Notes: generated by a model from the letters alone, not told the origin. A DNA stretch of 64,000 nt from an uncultured Actinomycetes bacterium (GCA_963725665.1 CAVRZA010000001.1:384001-448000), one strand, 5' to 3'; positions 34,405 through 44,822 are shown, counted from the stretch's first letter. Program-made: numbers and translations.

Positions 34405-36213
34405 GTGAACCGAGGCAGACTCTTTCTCTCCGGGAACGAAGCCATCGCCAGAGGCGCCCTGCGCGCCGGGGCGGGCTTCGCCTGTGGTTACCCTGGGACG
34501 CCCTCTACCGAGATCATCGAGGCGCTGGCGCTCCTCGGCGGCCTCACGGCGGAGTGGTGCGTCAACGAGAAGGTCGCCCTCGAGACCGCCATCGGCGCCT
34601 CGCTCGCCGGCGTGCGCAGCCTGGTGACGATGAAGCACGTAGGGCTGAACGTAGCCGCTGACCCGTTCATGGCGCTGGCGATCACGGGGGTCAACGCGGG
34701 TCTGGTCGTGGTCTCGGCCGACGACCCCGGCATGCACTCTTCGCAGAACGAGCAGGACAACCGCACCTACGCCAAGTTCGCCAAGGTGCCGCTGCTCGAG
34801 CCGTCCGACAGTCAGGAGGCCTACGAGTTCGTGGCCGAGGCCTTCGCCCTCTCCGAGGAGTTCGACGCCCCCGTCATCGTGCGCTCGACCACGCGACTCT
34901 CGCACGGAAGCGGACTCGTGCACGAGCGGGCGCGAGTGGAGCCGGCCGCGCGCGGGTACGAGCGTGACATCGCGAAGTACGTCATGATGCCGCAGAACGC
35001 GCGCGAGCGGAACCGGCGCGCCCTCGAGCGATTGAGCCGGCTGCGCTCGCGCGCGGAGACCTCCACGTTGAACGTCCTCGAGGCCGGCACCACCGACTTC
35101 GGCATCATCGCCTCGGGCGTCGCCTACGCCTACGCCCGCGAGGCCTTCCCGAAGGCCTGGTTCCTCAAGTTGGGGATGTCCAACCCCCTGCCTTACCGCA
35201 AGGTGGCGAAGCTCTTCGAGTCGGTCTCGCGGGTCGCGGTGGTCGAGGAGCTTGACCCCTTCATCGAAGAGCAGGTCAGAGCCCTCGGTCTGCCGGTCGT
35301 GGGCAAGGAGGTGATCCCGGCCGACGGCGAGCTCGACCAGGAGGCGGTGCGCGCCGCCCTGGAGCCCGTCTTGAGGACGCCGGCGCCGCGGCGCCGGCGT
35401 CCCGTCTTCCCGCCCGAGCCGAAGATCACGCCGGCGCCGCCAAAGCCTGTGCTGCCCGTGCGTCCGCCGGTGCTCTGCGCTGGCTGCCCGCACCGCGCCG
35501 TCTATGCCATGCTACGCAAGCGCAAGGTCGCGGCGCTGGGCGACATCGGCTGCTACACGCTGGGAGCGTTGCCGCCGTTGCTGTCGCTCGACAGTTGTCT
35601 CTGTATGGGCGCCAGCATCGGGATGATGTCTGGCATGAACAAGGCGTCGGGGCGCAAGGGGGCTGTAGCTGTCATCGGCGACTCGACCTTCTTCCACTCG
35701 GGCGTGACGCCGCTCATCGACGCGCACTACAACGAGGCCCCGGGTCTCGTGATCGTGCTCGACAACCGCACGACTGCTATGACTGGCCACCAGGGGCATC
35801 CGGGCAACGGGCGGCACGCCGACGCAAGCCAGGGGCCGGCGCTCGACATCGAGCAGCTCTGCCTGGGCATCGGCGTGCGCTGCCACACGGTCGACGCGTT
35901 CGACGAGGAAGAGCTCGAGCGGGTGCTCAAGGAGGAGCTCGCCGCACCCGGTCTCGGCGTCCTCGTCGCCCTCGCGCCGTGCGTCCTCATGACGACGCCG
36001 CAGCCGGAGTCGGTGCAGGTCGACGACGAGCGCTGCAACCTCTGCGGCCTCTGCGTCGATCTCGGTTGTCCGGCGCTCATCGTCGTCGACTCGACCGTCG
36101 AGATCGGCGCCGATTGCAGCGCCTGCGGCGTGTGCCTGGCTGTCTGCAAACGAGGCGCCCTGTCGCTGCCCGACCGAGGCGCGGCCGGCGAGGCCGAGGT
36201 GACGGGGCCGTGA
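34405..36213 (+). CDS. iorA: Indolepyruvate:ferredoxin oxidoreductase alpha subunit
   Basis: GNEAIARG, GYPGTPSTE, NEKVA, MKHVGLNVA, SSQNEQD, LCAGCPH, DIGCY, GDSTF, C-terminal ferredoxin. Confidence 0.93.
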   Translation: MNRGRLFLSGNEAIARGALRAGAGFACGYPGTPSTEIIEALALLGGLTAEWCVNEKVALETAIGASLAGVRSLVTMKHVGLNVAADPFMALAITGVNAGLVVVSADDPGMHSSQNEQDNRTYAKFAKVPLLEPSDSQEAYEFVAEAFALSEEFDAPVIVRSTTRLSHGSGLVHERARVEPAARGYERDIAKYVMMPQNARERNRRALERLSRLRSRAETSTLNVLEAGTTDFGIIASGVAYAYAREAFPKAWFLKLGMSNPLPYRKVAKLFESVSRVAVVEELDPFIEEQVRALGLPVVGKEVIPADGELDQEAVRAALEPVLRTPAPRRRRPVFPPEPKITPAPPKPVLPVRPPVLCAGCPHRAVYAMLRKRKVAALGDIGCYTLGALPPLLSLDSCLCMGASIGMMSGMNKASGRKGAVAVIGDSTFFHSGVTPLIDAHYNEAPGLVIVLDNRTTAMTGHQGHPGNGRHADASQGPALDIEQLCLGIGVRCHTVDAFDEEELERVLKEELAAPGLGVLVALAPCVLMTTPQPESVQVDDERCNLCGLCVDLGCPALIVVDSTVEIGADCSACGVCLAVCKRGALSLPDRGAAGEAEVTGP

Positions 36214-36803
36214 ACGGCGCGACGAGCATTAGTCTCGCCGGCGTGGGCGGGCAGGGGATCATCCTCGCCGCCGCGCTGCTGGCGCGGGCCGCGCTGCTCG
36301 AGGGCTTCGACGTGAAGGCGAGCGAGGTCAAGGGCATGGCGCAGCGCGGCGGCAGTGTCGTCTCCACCGTCCGCTTCGGCGCGCGGGTCTTCTCACCCGT
36401 CGCGCCGCGCGCCGACGTCGTCATCGCCACCGAGCTGCTCGAGGGGCGGCGCAGCTTCGACATCCTCGTCCCCCGCGGGACGATGGTCTGCTCGACGACC
36501 CGCATCGCTCCGGGCAGCGTCCTGCGCGGCGAGCAGGCGTATCCCGACGACATCGACACAGAGGCCCGCCGCCGCGGCGTGCGGCTCCTCCTCGTCGCTG
36601 CCCAGGAGATCGCCTTATCGGCCGGCACGGCGCGCGCCGCCAACGTGGCCCTGCTGGGCGCGGCGAGCGCCGTGCTCCCCTTCGGGGAGGCCGCGTGGCA
36701 GGCGGCGCTCGAGGAGGTCCTGCCGGCGAAGATCCTCTCTGTGAACCAGGAGGCCTTCGCCCTTGGGCGCGAGGCCGTGCAGGCGCCGGCGCCGTCGGCA
36801 TGA
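36210..36803 (+). CDS. iorB: Indolepyruvate:ferredoxin oxidoreductase beta subunit
   Basis: GVGGQG, GMAQRGGSV. Confidence 0.92.
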   Translation: MNGATSISLAGVGGQGIILAAALLARAALLEGFDVKASEVKGMAQRGGSVVSTVRFGARVFSPVAPRADVVIATELLEGRRSFDILVPRGTMVCSTTRIAPGSVLRGEQAYPDDIDTEARRRGVRLLLVAAQEIALSAGTARAANVALLGAASAVLPFGEAAWQAALEEVLPAKILSVNQEAFALGREAVQAPAPSA

Positions 36804-36825
36804 GAGCCAGGAGGAGGTCCCCCAG

Positions 36826-37239
36826 GTGAAGGTGACGCAGCTGACCGTCTTTCTCGAGAACCGCAGTGGGCGGCTCGCCGAGGTGACGGACATCCTCGGC
36901 AGGGCGGGCATCAACATCCGCGGCTTCTCGACCACCGAGGCGGCCGAGTACGGCATCGTCCGCCTTATCGTGCCCGATCCCGAGCGGGCGCGCGAGCTCC
37001 TGCACGATGAGGGGTTCACGACGCACCTCACCGAGGTCGTCTGCGTGGGCGTGCCCGACGAGCCCGGCGGTCTGGCCCGCGTGCTCGACCTGCTCGCCGA
37101 GCACGAGATCAGCGTCGACTACATGTACAGCATCTCGTTCCAGTACATCTGCTTCGCCCTGCACGACATCGACCGCGCCGTCGATCTGCTCCAGGACAAG
37201 GTGCAGATGCTCTCCGACGAGCAGGTACGCGCGCTGTGA
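36826..37239 (+). CDS. ACT domain protein
   Basis: QLTVFLENRSGRL...GINI; DEPGGL. Confidence 0.88.
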   Translation: MKVTQLTVFLENRSGRLAEVTDILGRAGINIRGFSTTEAAEYGIVRLIVPDPERARELLHDEGFTTHLTEVVCVGVPDEPGGLARVLDLLAEHEISVDYMYSISFQYICFALHDIDRAVDLLQDKVQMLSDEQVRAL

Positions 37240-38588
37240 GCCTGGCGCCGACCCGCGAGCGGCTCGCGGTCGACGACGCCGGCGGGTTCTTCTGGGAGCC
37301 TGCGGCCGAGAGCCTGCCCACGCGGGAGCTGGGCGAGCTGCAGATGACGCGCTTGCGCGCTACGCTGCAGCTCGCCCGCGAGAGGGTGCCCTTCTACCGC
37401 GAGAAGCTCGACGAGGCCGGCATCACCGTCGCTGAGGTCGACTGTCACGGGCGCGCGCAGGACCTTCCGTTCACCACCAAGATCGATCTGCGCGACCACT
37501 ACCCGTTCGCCATGCTCGCCCTGCCGCGCGAAGAGGTGGTGACCGTGCACTGCTCGTCCGGCACGACGGGCAACCCGGTGGTCGTCGGGTACTCGCGCGC
37601 CGACCTCGCCTTGTGGGCCGCGCTCATCGCGCGCACGCTGGCTGCCGGCGGTGTGGGCCCCGGTGACCTCCTACAGAACGCCTTCGGCTACGGTCTCTTC
37701 ACCGGCGGTCTGGGCTTGCACCACGGCGGCGAGCTCCTGGGCTGCACCGTGCTCCCGATCTCGGGCGGCAACACGGAGCGCCAGCTCAAGCTGATGCGCG
37801 ACTTCGGCGCCACGGCCCTTTCGTGCACGCCTTCGTATGCGCTTCACCTCGCCGAGGGGGCGCGTGATCGTGGGCTGCGGCCCGAAGACCTGCCGCTGCG
37901 CGTCGGCTACTTCGGCGCCGAGCCGTGGACCAACGAGATGCGCCTGCAGATCGAGGAGGGTCTCGGCATCGATGCGCTCGACATCTACGGCCTCTCCGAG
38001 ATGGGGGGGCCGGGAGTCGCGTTCGAGTGTCGCTGCAAGGCCGGCATGCACATCAACGAGGACCACTACCTGGCCGAGATCGTCGATCCGGAGACCCTGG
38101 AGGCGATGCCTGAGGGCGAGGTCGGCGAGCTCGTCATCACCACACTGTCGCGCGCCGCTCAGCCGCTGATCCGTTACCGCACGCGCGACCTCTGCAGCCT
38201 GATCTTCGAGCCCTGTGCGTGCGGCCGCACGCTGGCTCGCATGACCAAGCCCGTCGGCCGCAGCGACGACATGCTCATCATCCGGGGCGTCAACGTCTTC
38301 CCCAGCCAGATCGAAGAAGTCCTCATGGCCATCCCCGAGATCGAGCCGCATTACCAGATCGTCGTCGACCGCAAGGGCCACCTCGACGTCGTCGAGGTCT
38401 GGATCGAGGTCGGAGAGGACATCTTCGGCGAGACGATGGGGCAGCTCGAGACCTTCGAACGGACGGTGCAGCAGAGGCTCTACAGCGTCCTCAACATCCA
38501 GGTGAAGGTGCGTCTGAAGGAGCCGCGCACGATCGCCCGCAGCGAAGGCAAGGCGGTACGCGTGGTCGACAGACGCACGCTCGCCTGA
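37236..38588 (+). CDS. paaK: Phenylacetate-CoA ligase
   Basis: SSGTTG, YGLFTGGLG, GAEPW, DIYGLSE, RYRTRD, GRSDDM, GVNVFP, EGKA. Confidence 0.93.
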   Translation: MSLAPTRERLAVDDAGGFFWEPAAESLPTRELGELQMTRLRATLQLARERVPFYREKLDEAGITVAEVDCHGRAQDLPFTTKIDLRDHYPFAMLALPREEVVTVHCSSGTTGNPVVVGYSRADLALWAALIARTLAAGGVGPGDLLQNAFGYGLFTGGLGLHHGGELLGCTVLPISGGNTERQLKLMRDFGATALSCTPSYALHLAEGARDRGLRPEDLPLRVGYFGAEPWTNEMRLQIEEGLGIDALDIYGLSEMGGPGVAFECRCKAGMHINEDHYLAEIVDPETLEAMPEGEVGELVITTLSRAAQPLIRYRTRDLCSLIFEPCACGRTLARMTKPVGRSDDMLIIRGVNVFPSQIEEVLMAIPEIEPHYQIVVDRKGHLDVVEVWIEVGEDIFGETMGQLETFERTVQQRLYSVLNIQVKVRLKEPRTIARSEGKAVRVVDRRTLA

Positions 38589-38691
38589 GCTTGCGCGAGG
38601 CGCTTCGCGCCCAGCGGGTAGGTGCGGCCGGCGGTCGTTATAATCGGTGCATGACCTGCCCTCGCACTCGGTCCACTCGAGGGGATCTCGC

Positions 38692-40542
38692 GTGACTCCG
38701 TCCGGCCACCGTCCCTTGCGCGGCCTGCGCGTCGATCTCTCCACGGGACGCGCCGAAGCCGACGAGCAGCCGGCCGAGGCCGGCCGCCGCTTCCTCGGAG
38801 GCCGCGGCCTGGGAGCCTGGCTGCTGCTGGCCGAGCGCGTCCACGAGGTCGAGCCGCTCGGCCCTGACAATCCCCTGGTCTTCGCGCCCGGACCTCTCAC
38901 CGGCAGCGGTGCCCCCAGCGCTGGCCGCTACAGCGTGAGCTCCCGCTCACCGCTCACCGGCACGCTCTTCGACGGCAACTCGGGCGGCGCTTTCGGCGCT
39001 GCTCTGCGCCGGCTCGATCTCGACTACCTGATCGTCGCCGGCGCCTGCGACGCGCCCGCCTATCTTCTCCTCGACGACGAGGGTGCACGGCTCTTGCCCG
39101 CCGCCGATCTCTGGGGACTCGACGTCCTGGCCACGCTGGCGGCCTTGAAGCAGCGCCACGGGCGCTGCGAGGCGGCGCTCATCGGCCCTGCGGGAGAGAG
39201 TGGTGTGCTCTTCGCCTCCGTCGTCAACAACCGCGGTCGTCAGGTGGGACGCGGTGGCCTGGGCGCCGTGATGGGAGCAAAGGGCCTGAAGGCCGTCGTG
39301 CTGCGCGCCGGGCGCAGTAGACCGCCCGGCCCGGCCGACGGTGAGCGCCTCGCGGCGGTATTCGCTGAGGCCACCGAGCTGCTCGAGGCCGACCCGATCA
39401 CCAGCTGGTCGCTGCCCGAGTTCGGCACCAGCGTGCTGGTGAACGTGCTCAACCAGGTCGGCGCCCTGCCGACGCGCAACTTCAGGGAGTCGGTGTTCGC
39501 GGCCGCCGAGCAGATCAGCGGCGAGGCGCTGCGCGCCGGCTTCGTCGAGCGCCACGGCGCTTGTCCCGGCTGCTTCATCGGTTGTGCACGGCGCGTGCGC
39601 ACCCTCGACGGCGGTGGCGAGGGCCCCCAGTACGAGAGCATCTGGGCGCTGGGGGCCGACTGCGGCATCGGCGATCTGGGTGCGATCGTCGAGGCCAACC
39701 AAGCCTGCAACCGACTGGGCCTGGACACGATCACCATGGGCGCCACGATCGCCTGCGCCATGGAGCTCGCCGAGCTCGGGCCGCTGCCCGGTGGGCCACG
39801 CTTTGGCGATGCCGCCGCCCTGCTGCCGCTGATCGAGGCTACCGCGGCGCGCCGCGGTCTAGGCGAGGAGCTCGCCGAGGGCTCGGCGCGCTTTGCCGCG
39901 CGGTACGGCAGGCCGGAGCTCTCGATGAGCGTCAAGCGCCTCGAGCTGCCGGCCTTCGACCCGCGCGGCATGACCGGCCAGGGTCTCGCTTTCGCCACGT
40001 CGAACCGCGGCGCCTGTCACCTGCGCGCCAACATGCTCGGTCCCGAGATCCTCGGCAGACCCGCGCTGCTCGACCGTTTCGCCACTCATGGCAAGGCCGA
40101 AGTGCTGATCGGTCTGCAGGACCTCAACGCCGTGCTGGACTCGCTGGTGGAGTGCAAGTTCGCCGCCTACGCGCTCGGCGAGGCGTACTTCGCACGACTG
40201 CTCTCGGCGGTCATCGGCGAGGCGGTCGAGCCCGCCGAGCTGCTCCAGACCGGTGAGCGCATCTGGAACGTCGAGCGGCTGTTCAATCTGCGCGCCGGCT
40301 TCACCCGCGCCGACGATGCGCTACCTCGGCGTCTGCTCGACGAGCCGGTCTCTGTCGGGCCCTCGGCGGGTCACGTGGTCGACCTCGAGCCGATGCTCGA
40401 TGAGTACTACGCGGCGCGCGACTGGGACGGGGACGGGCGGCCGACGCCGCGCAAGCTGGCCGAGCTGGGCCTGGAGGACGCGACGCCGGCCGCTGTGCGC
40501 GACCATCCGGGCGAACGGGTCAGGGCTCGACGATCACCTTGA
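38692..40542 (+). CDS. aor: Aldehyde:ferredoxin oxidoreductase family protein (second copy)
   Basis: SPLTG, IGPAGE, GRGGLGAVMG, CPGCFIGC, GLDTI, FDPR, RGACH. Confidence 0.92.
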   Translation: MTPSGHRPLRGLRVDLSTGRAEADEQPAEAGRRFLGGRGLGAWLLLAERVHEVEPLGPDNPLVFAPGPLTGSGAPSAGRYSVSSRSPLTGTLFDGNSGGAFGAALRRLDLDYLIVAGACDAPAYLLLDDEGARLLPAADLWGLDVLATLAALKQRHGRCEAALIGPAGESGVLFASVVNNRGRQVGRGGLGAVMGAKGLKAVVLRAGRSRPPGPADGERLAAVFAEATELLEADPITSWSLPEFGTSVLVNVLNQVGALPTRNFRESVFAAAEQISGEALRAGFVERHGACPGCFIGCARRVRTLDGGGEGPQYESIWALGADCGIGDLGAIVEANQACNRLGLDTITMGATIACAMELAELGPLPGGPRFGDAAALLPLIEATAARRGLGEELAEGSARFAARYGRPELSMSVKRLELPAFDPRGMTGQGLAFATSNRGACHLRANMLGPEILGRPALLDRFATHGKAEVLIGLQDLNAVLDSLVECKFAAYALGEAYFARLLSAVIGEAVEPAELLQTGERIWNVERLFNLRAGFTRADDALPRRLLDEPVSVGPSAGHVVDLEPMLDEYYAARDWDGDGRPTPRKLAELGLEDATPAAVRDHPGERVRARRSP

Positions 40543-41542
40543 CCGAGCGGTCGGCCTCGGCGACCAGCGCGAACCCTCGCACGATGTCGTCGAGCGGCAG
40601 CCGGTCTGTGATCAGGTCGGCGACGGCGACGCGGCCGGCGGCGATGAGGCCCAGCGCGGTGGCGAGGTCGGCCGGCGCCGCGCCGTAGGCCGTGCGCACG
40701 GTGACCTCGCGTCGCCACAGCTCGGTCATGGGCATGGCCAGGGGCTCGCCCGGCGGCGGTGGGGCGAAGAACACGAACGTGGCGCCCGACCCGAGGCAGG
40801 CGAGCCCCTGCCGGATGGCCGACGGCGCACTGGTGCAGAGGATGACCAGGTCGGCCAGCCCGCCGGCGGCCTCGCGCAGCAGCTGAGGCAGCTCGTCGCC
40901 GGACGCGGCGCCGTCGATGGCCACCGCCCCAGACCGACGGGCGAAGTCCAGCCGAGATGCGCTGATGTCGGTCGCGATCACGCGTCCGGCGCCGAGCGCC
41001 AGCGCGAGCCGGATGTGGAGCAGGCCCGAGATGCCGCTGCCGACGACCAGCACAGTGGAGCCCGGGCGCACGCCGGCGTGCGTCTGAGCGCGCACCACGC
41101 AGCCCAGTGGCTCGACGAAGGTACCCTCTTCGTAGGTGACGCCGTCCGGCAGCACCAGCACGCCGCGCTCGGTCTGCAGCGTGGGCACACGCACGTACTC
41201 CGAGAACCCTCCCGGATCGAAGTTGGTGGTGTGCAGGGTGTGACAGGCAGTATGGGCACCGGAGAGGCACAGCTCGCACGTGTTGCACGGCACGTGGTGA
41301 GACACGACCACTCGCTGCCCGACGGCCAGGTGATGCACGTCGGCGCCGACCTCGACGACGTCACCGGCCACCTCGTGGCCCAGCACGAGCGGCGCTTTGG
41401 GCATCCGGTACCACTCCATGACGTCGGAACCGCAGATGCCCGATGCCCGGATGCGCACGAGGATCTCGGCCGGTCCGATGGCGGGCAGCGGGCGGTCTTC
41501 GAGGCGGATGTCGGCGTTGCTGTGGTAGACGGCGACGCGCAC
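40520..41542 (-). CDS. Zinc-dependent (MDR) polyol/alcohol dehydrogenase
   Basis: GICGSD, GHE, CNTCELC..C, EPL, GSGISG. Confidence 0.9.
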   Translation of the reverse strand: MRVAVYHSNADIRLEDRPLPAIGPAEILVRIRASGICGSDVMEWYRMPKAPLVLGHEVAGDVVEVGADVHHLAVGQRVVVSHHVPCNTCELCLSGAHTACHTLHTTNFDPGGFSEYVRVPTLQTERGVLVLPDGVTYEEGTFVEPLGCVVRAQTHAGVRPGSTVLVVGSGISGLLHIRLALALGAGRVIATDISASRLDFARRSGAVAIDGAASGDELPQLLREAAGGLADLVILCTSAPSAIRQGLACLGSGATFVFFAPPPPGEPLAMPMTELWRREVTVRTAYGAAPADLATALGLIAAGRVAVADLITDRLPLDDIVRGFALVAEADRSVKVIVEP

Positions 41543-41550
41543 GGCGTCGA

Positions 41551-42393
41551 TCAGATCTTCAGCTCGTCGTCGAGAGCGGCGTCTACAACGGCCCCGACCG
41601 TGCAGCCGCAGACGGCTCTCTGCTCGCGGTAGACATCGAAGGCCTCGTCGGCGGTGGCGTTGCCGTGCACCACGGCCCTCACCGCCTGGATCATGGCCGC
41701 CGGCGAGTCCGACTGGAAGATGTTGCGCCCCATGTCGACGCCCACGGCGCCGCCGGCGATGGCGTTGGCCGCCAGTTCCAGGGCCTCCAGCTCAGGCAGC
41801 TTCTTGCCCCCGGCCACCACTACCGGGACGGGACAGGTGGATGTCACCTTCTCGAAGTCGTCACAGTAGTAGGTCTTGACGACGTGAGCGCCCATCTCCG
41901 CGCAGATGCGGCTGGCGAGCGAGAGGTAGCGGGCGTCGCGGCCCATCGACTTGCCTACGGCGGTCACGGCCACCACGGGGATGCCGTAACGCTCGCCCTC
42001 GTCGACCAACCTGCCGAGGTTGGCGATGCTCTGGTGCTGATGCGGCGCGCCGACGAAGACCGACAGCGCCATGCCGGCGACGTTGAGGCGGATGCACTCC
42101 TCGATCGAGGTGATGATGGTCTCGTCCGAGAGGTCCTCCTGCAGCACGCTGGTGGCGCCGGAGACGCGCAGCACGATAGGTGTGCCGGTGTGCGAGGGGA
42201 TGCAGTTGCGCAACACACCACGCGTCAGCATCAGCGTGTCGGCGTAGTCGGCGAGCGGCGCGCATTGCGTCGAGGGATCCTCGAGGCCGCTGGTAGGGCC
42301 GAGGAAGTAGCCGTGGTCGATGGCGAGCATGACGGTGCGGCCGGTCTCCGGCCGGATGATGCGCGCGAGGCGGTTCTCGAGACCCCAAGACAT
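41551..42393 (-). CDS. lsrF: LsrF-type thiolase / class I aldolase
   Basis: MSWGLENRL, MLAIDHGYFLGPT, VKTYY, AGGKK, GVDMGRNIFQS. Confidence 0.85.
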   Translation of the reverse strand: MSWGLENRLARIIRPETGRTVMLAIDHGYFLGPTSGLEDPSTQCAPLADYADTLMLTRGVLRNCIPSHTGTPIVLRVSGATSVLQEDLSDETIITSIEECIRLNVAGMALSVFVGAPHQHQSIANLGRLVDEGERYGIPVVAVTAVGKSMGRDARYLSLASRICAEMGAHVVKTYYCDDFEKVTSTCPVPVVVAGGKKLPELEALELAANAIAGGAVGVDMGRNIFQSDSPAAMIQAVRAVVHGNATADEAFDVYREQRAVCGCTVGAVVDAALDDELKI

Positions 42394-42581
42394 GACGTGT
42401 GACCTCCTGAGGGCCGGCCGGGCTTGGCCGCGGCGGCAGTCGTGGTGTAGCGACGCGGTCACCTCGCTCCGAGGTGGCGTCTGATACTACCAGACGGTGC
42501 CTCCCCGGGGCGACGATGAGCCCCGGGGTCTAGGGCTAGGGCGGCGAGCCAGGCGGTGTGTGGTGCGCGCGAGGGCTAGGA

Positions 42582-44723
42582 CTACGTCGGAGTGGAGGTC
42601 GGCTTCGGTGATGGTGGCTTCGTCGTCTTGGTGGGCGTCGGCGAGGGCTTGATGGTCTTGGTTACCGTCGGCGAGGGCTTGCCCTTGCCGCTCTTGCTCG
42701 GCGAGGGCGACGGCGAGGTGCTCTGCGGCGACGGGCTGATCGTCGAGTAGTGACCCTTCCACGGCTTCCAGATGGGCATGGCCACCGGCAGCGGGAAGTC
42801 GGGCAGGGGCTGGTGATCGAAGACCAGGTTGTAGAACTTGCCGAAGATCGGCACGCAGTAGGTCGCCCCCTGCACCCCGTACATGGGCGTGTTCTGGTCG
42901 AAGTAGCCCATCCACACCGCCGTTGCCAGCTTCGTGTTGAAGCCACAGAACCAGGCGTCGGTGGAGCTGTTGGTGGTACCGGTCTTGCCTGCTGAGACGC
43001 CCGAGTAGTAGGCCGGCATGGCGGCGGCGGTGCCGGCGCGGGTGTTCTGCTCGAGGATCTTCTGCACCGTGTAGGCCACGCCCTGCGAGAGCACGCGCTT
43101 GCCCTTCGTCTTCGACTTCTCGACGCGATGGTTGGGGAAGACCACTCTCTCGATGGCCTGCGGCTTGTGGTGGACGCCACCCGAGGCCAGGGTGGCGTAG
43201 GCGTCGGCCATCTCGAGCGGCGTGACGTCCTGGCCGCCGAGGACGATCGAGGGATAGGGGTAGAGGCGGGTCGTGATCCCCATCTTCTTCGCCACGGCGG
43301 CCACCTTCGCGGGACCGAGGTCGAGGCAGAGTTGCGCGTAGATAGTGTTGTCGGAGGCGAGGGTCGCCGACACCAGGTTCATGCGCCGGCTGCCGGTGCT
43401 GTGCTCGAACGTGTAGACGTCCCAGATGGGCGGGTTGCCGCCCGGGATGGGGATGTGCAGCGGGTGCGACGTGTAGTAGGTGGTGGCCGGGTTCGCGCCT
43501 TGCTCGACGACGGCGACGAGGGCAAAGGGCTTCATCGCCGACCCGGGCTGACGGTGAGCCTGGAACGTGACGTTGAACTTGGTCTTGCGCCAGTCGGTGC
43601 TTGCCGACATGGTGCGGATGAAGCCGTTGGCGGGGTCGATCGAAACGAGAGCTCCTTGCGGGCCCGACGGCAGGGTGCTCTTCAAGGAGTCGATGGCCTT
43701 GCGCTGCCAGTCGAGGTCGAGCGTCGTGTGGACCTTGAGGCCTCCCTCGAACGTCTCCCTCGCCCCGTAGCGTTTGATGAGCTCGCGTGTGACGTAGTCG
43801 ACGAAGTAGGCGGCCGGCCCTTTCTCTGTGCTCGGCGCCGACTTGAAGACCCCGAGCTTGGCCTTCTTCGCCCGGTCGGCTCGGTCCTGGGTGATGTAGC
43901 CCCTCGATGCCATCGCGTCGAGCACGAGGTTGCGGCGCTGCTTCACCACGCCGGGGTCGTAGATCGGCGAGTACTGCGAGGGGAACTTCGGCAGGGCGGC
44001 GAGCAGGGCGGCCTGCGGGAGGTCCACCTTGCTGATCGGCCTATGGAAGTAGGTCACGGCCGCCGCCTGCACGCCGTAGGCGCCGGCGCCGTAGTAGACA
44101 CTGTTGAGATACTCGGTGAGGATCTTGTCCTTGGACCACTTGCTCTCGAGCTGCCACGCCAGAACGGCCTCGCGGAGCTTCCGCGCCAGGCTCTGCTCGT
44201 CGCCCACGTAGGCGTTCTTCACGAACTGCTGGGTGATGGTGCTCGCGCCCTCGACCACGTGGCCAGCCTTGATGTCCTCCAAGAGGGCCCGCGCGACTCC
44301 CTCGAAGTCGACCCCGTGGTGCTGATAGAAGCGCTTGTCCTCGATCGCCACCGTGGCGTCCTTCATGACTTGCGGGATCTGCCCGCTCTTCACGATCACT
44401 CGATTGGTGTCGCCGTGGAGCTGAGCGATGACGACCCCGTGACGATCGTAGACGAACGTCGTCTGCGCGAGCACGGTGCGCTTGATGCTGTCGAGCTGCG
44501 GCAGGTTGCGCGACAAGGCCACGATGCTGCCCACGAACGCGGAGGCGAGCACGATGACGGCGAGCACGATGAGGATGATGATCAAGCGCCCCCAGTGGAT
44601 GCTGCCGTTGCGACGGGTGCGCCGGCGCCGGCCGCCGGAGCCGTAGCGCGTATAGCCTCGATCGCCTGATGTGGGGTGACGCTCGGTCAAGGGTCCCTGC
44701 TTTCGGGTTCCAGAGCCCGCCAT
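42582..44723 (-). CDS. Class A penicillin-binding protein (PBP1A family); start may be TTG at 44690
   Basis: EDKRFYQHHG, GASTITQQ, RKLRE, YLN, SAMK, SDN, KTG; Pro/Ser/Thr tail. Confidence 0.93.
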   Translation of the reverse strand: MAGSGTRKQGPLTERHPTSGDRGYTRYGSGGRRRRTRRNGSIHWGRLIIILIVLAVIVLASAFVGSIVALSRNLPQLDSIKRTVLAQTTFVYDRHGVVIAQLHGDTNRVIVKSGQIPQVMKDATVAIEDKRFYQHHGVDFEGVARALLEDIKAGHVVEGASTITQQFVKNAYVGDEQSLARKLREAVLAWQLESKWSKDKILTEYLNSVYYGAGAYGVQAAAVTYFHRPISKVDLPQAALLAALPKFPSQYSPIYDPGVVKQRRNLVLDAMASRGYITQDRADRAKKAKLGVFKSAPSTEKGPAAYFVDYVTRELIKRYGARETFEGGLKVHTTLDLDWQRKAIDSLKSTLPSGPQGALVSIDPANGFIRTMSASTDWRKTKFNVTFQAHRQPGSAMKPFALVAVVEQGANPATTYYTSHPLHIPIPGGNPPIWDVYTFEHSTGSRRMNLVSATLASDNTIYAQLCLDLGPAKVAAVAKKMGITTRLYPYPSIVLGGQDVTPLEMADAYATLASGGVHHKPQAIERVVFPNHRVEKSKTKGKRVLSQGVAYTVQKILEQNTRAGTAAAMPAYYSGVSAGKTGTTNSSTDAWFCGFNTKLATAVWMGYFDQNTPMYGVQGATYCVPIFGKFYNLVFDHQPLPDFPLPVAMPIWKPWKGHYSTISPSPQSTSPSPSPSKSGKGKPSPTVTKTIKPSPTPTKTTKPPSPKPTSTPT

Positions 44724-44822
44724 TCTACAGGACTGGGCCGCTTCCCTTCCGGTGTTCGACGCGCGGGGGCCATGGGAGCTTCGTTCTGTCGGGCAGGCGA
44801 CGGCCTCGCGCGCGGGCCGGCG

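Noticed and set aside
42582-42740. Pro/Ser/Thr/Lys repeats at the PBP C-terminus
   Set aside because: Ordinary low-complexity tail of class A PBPs.
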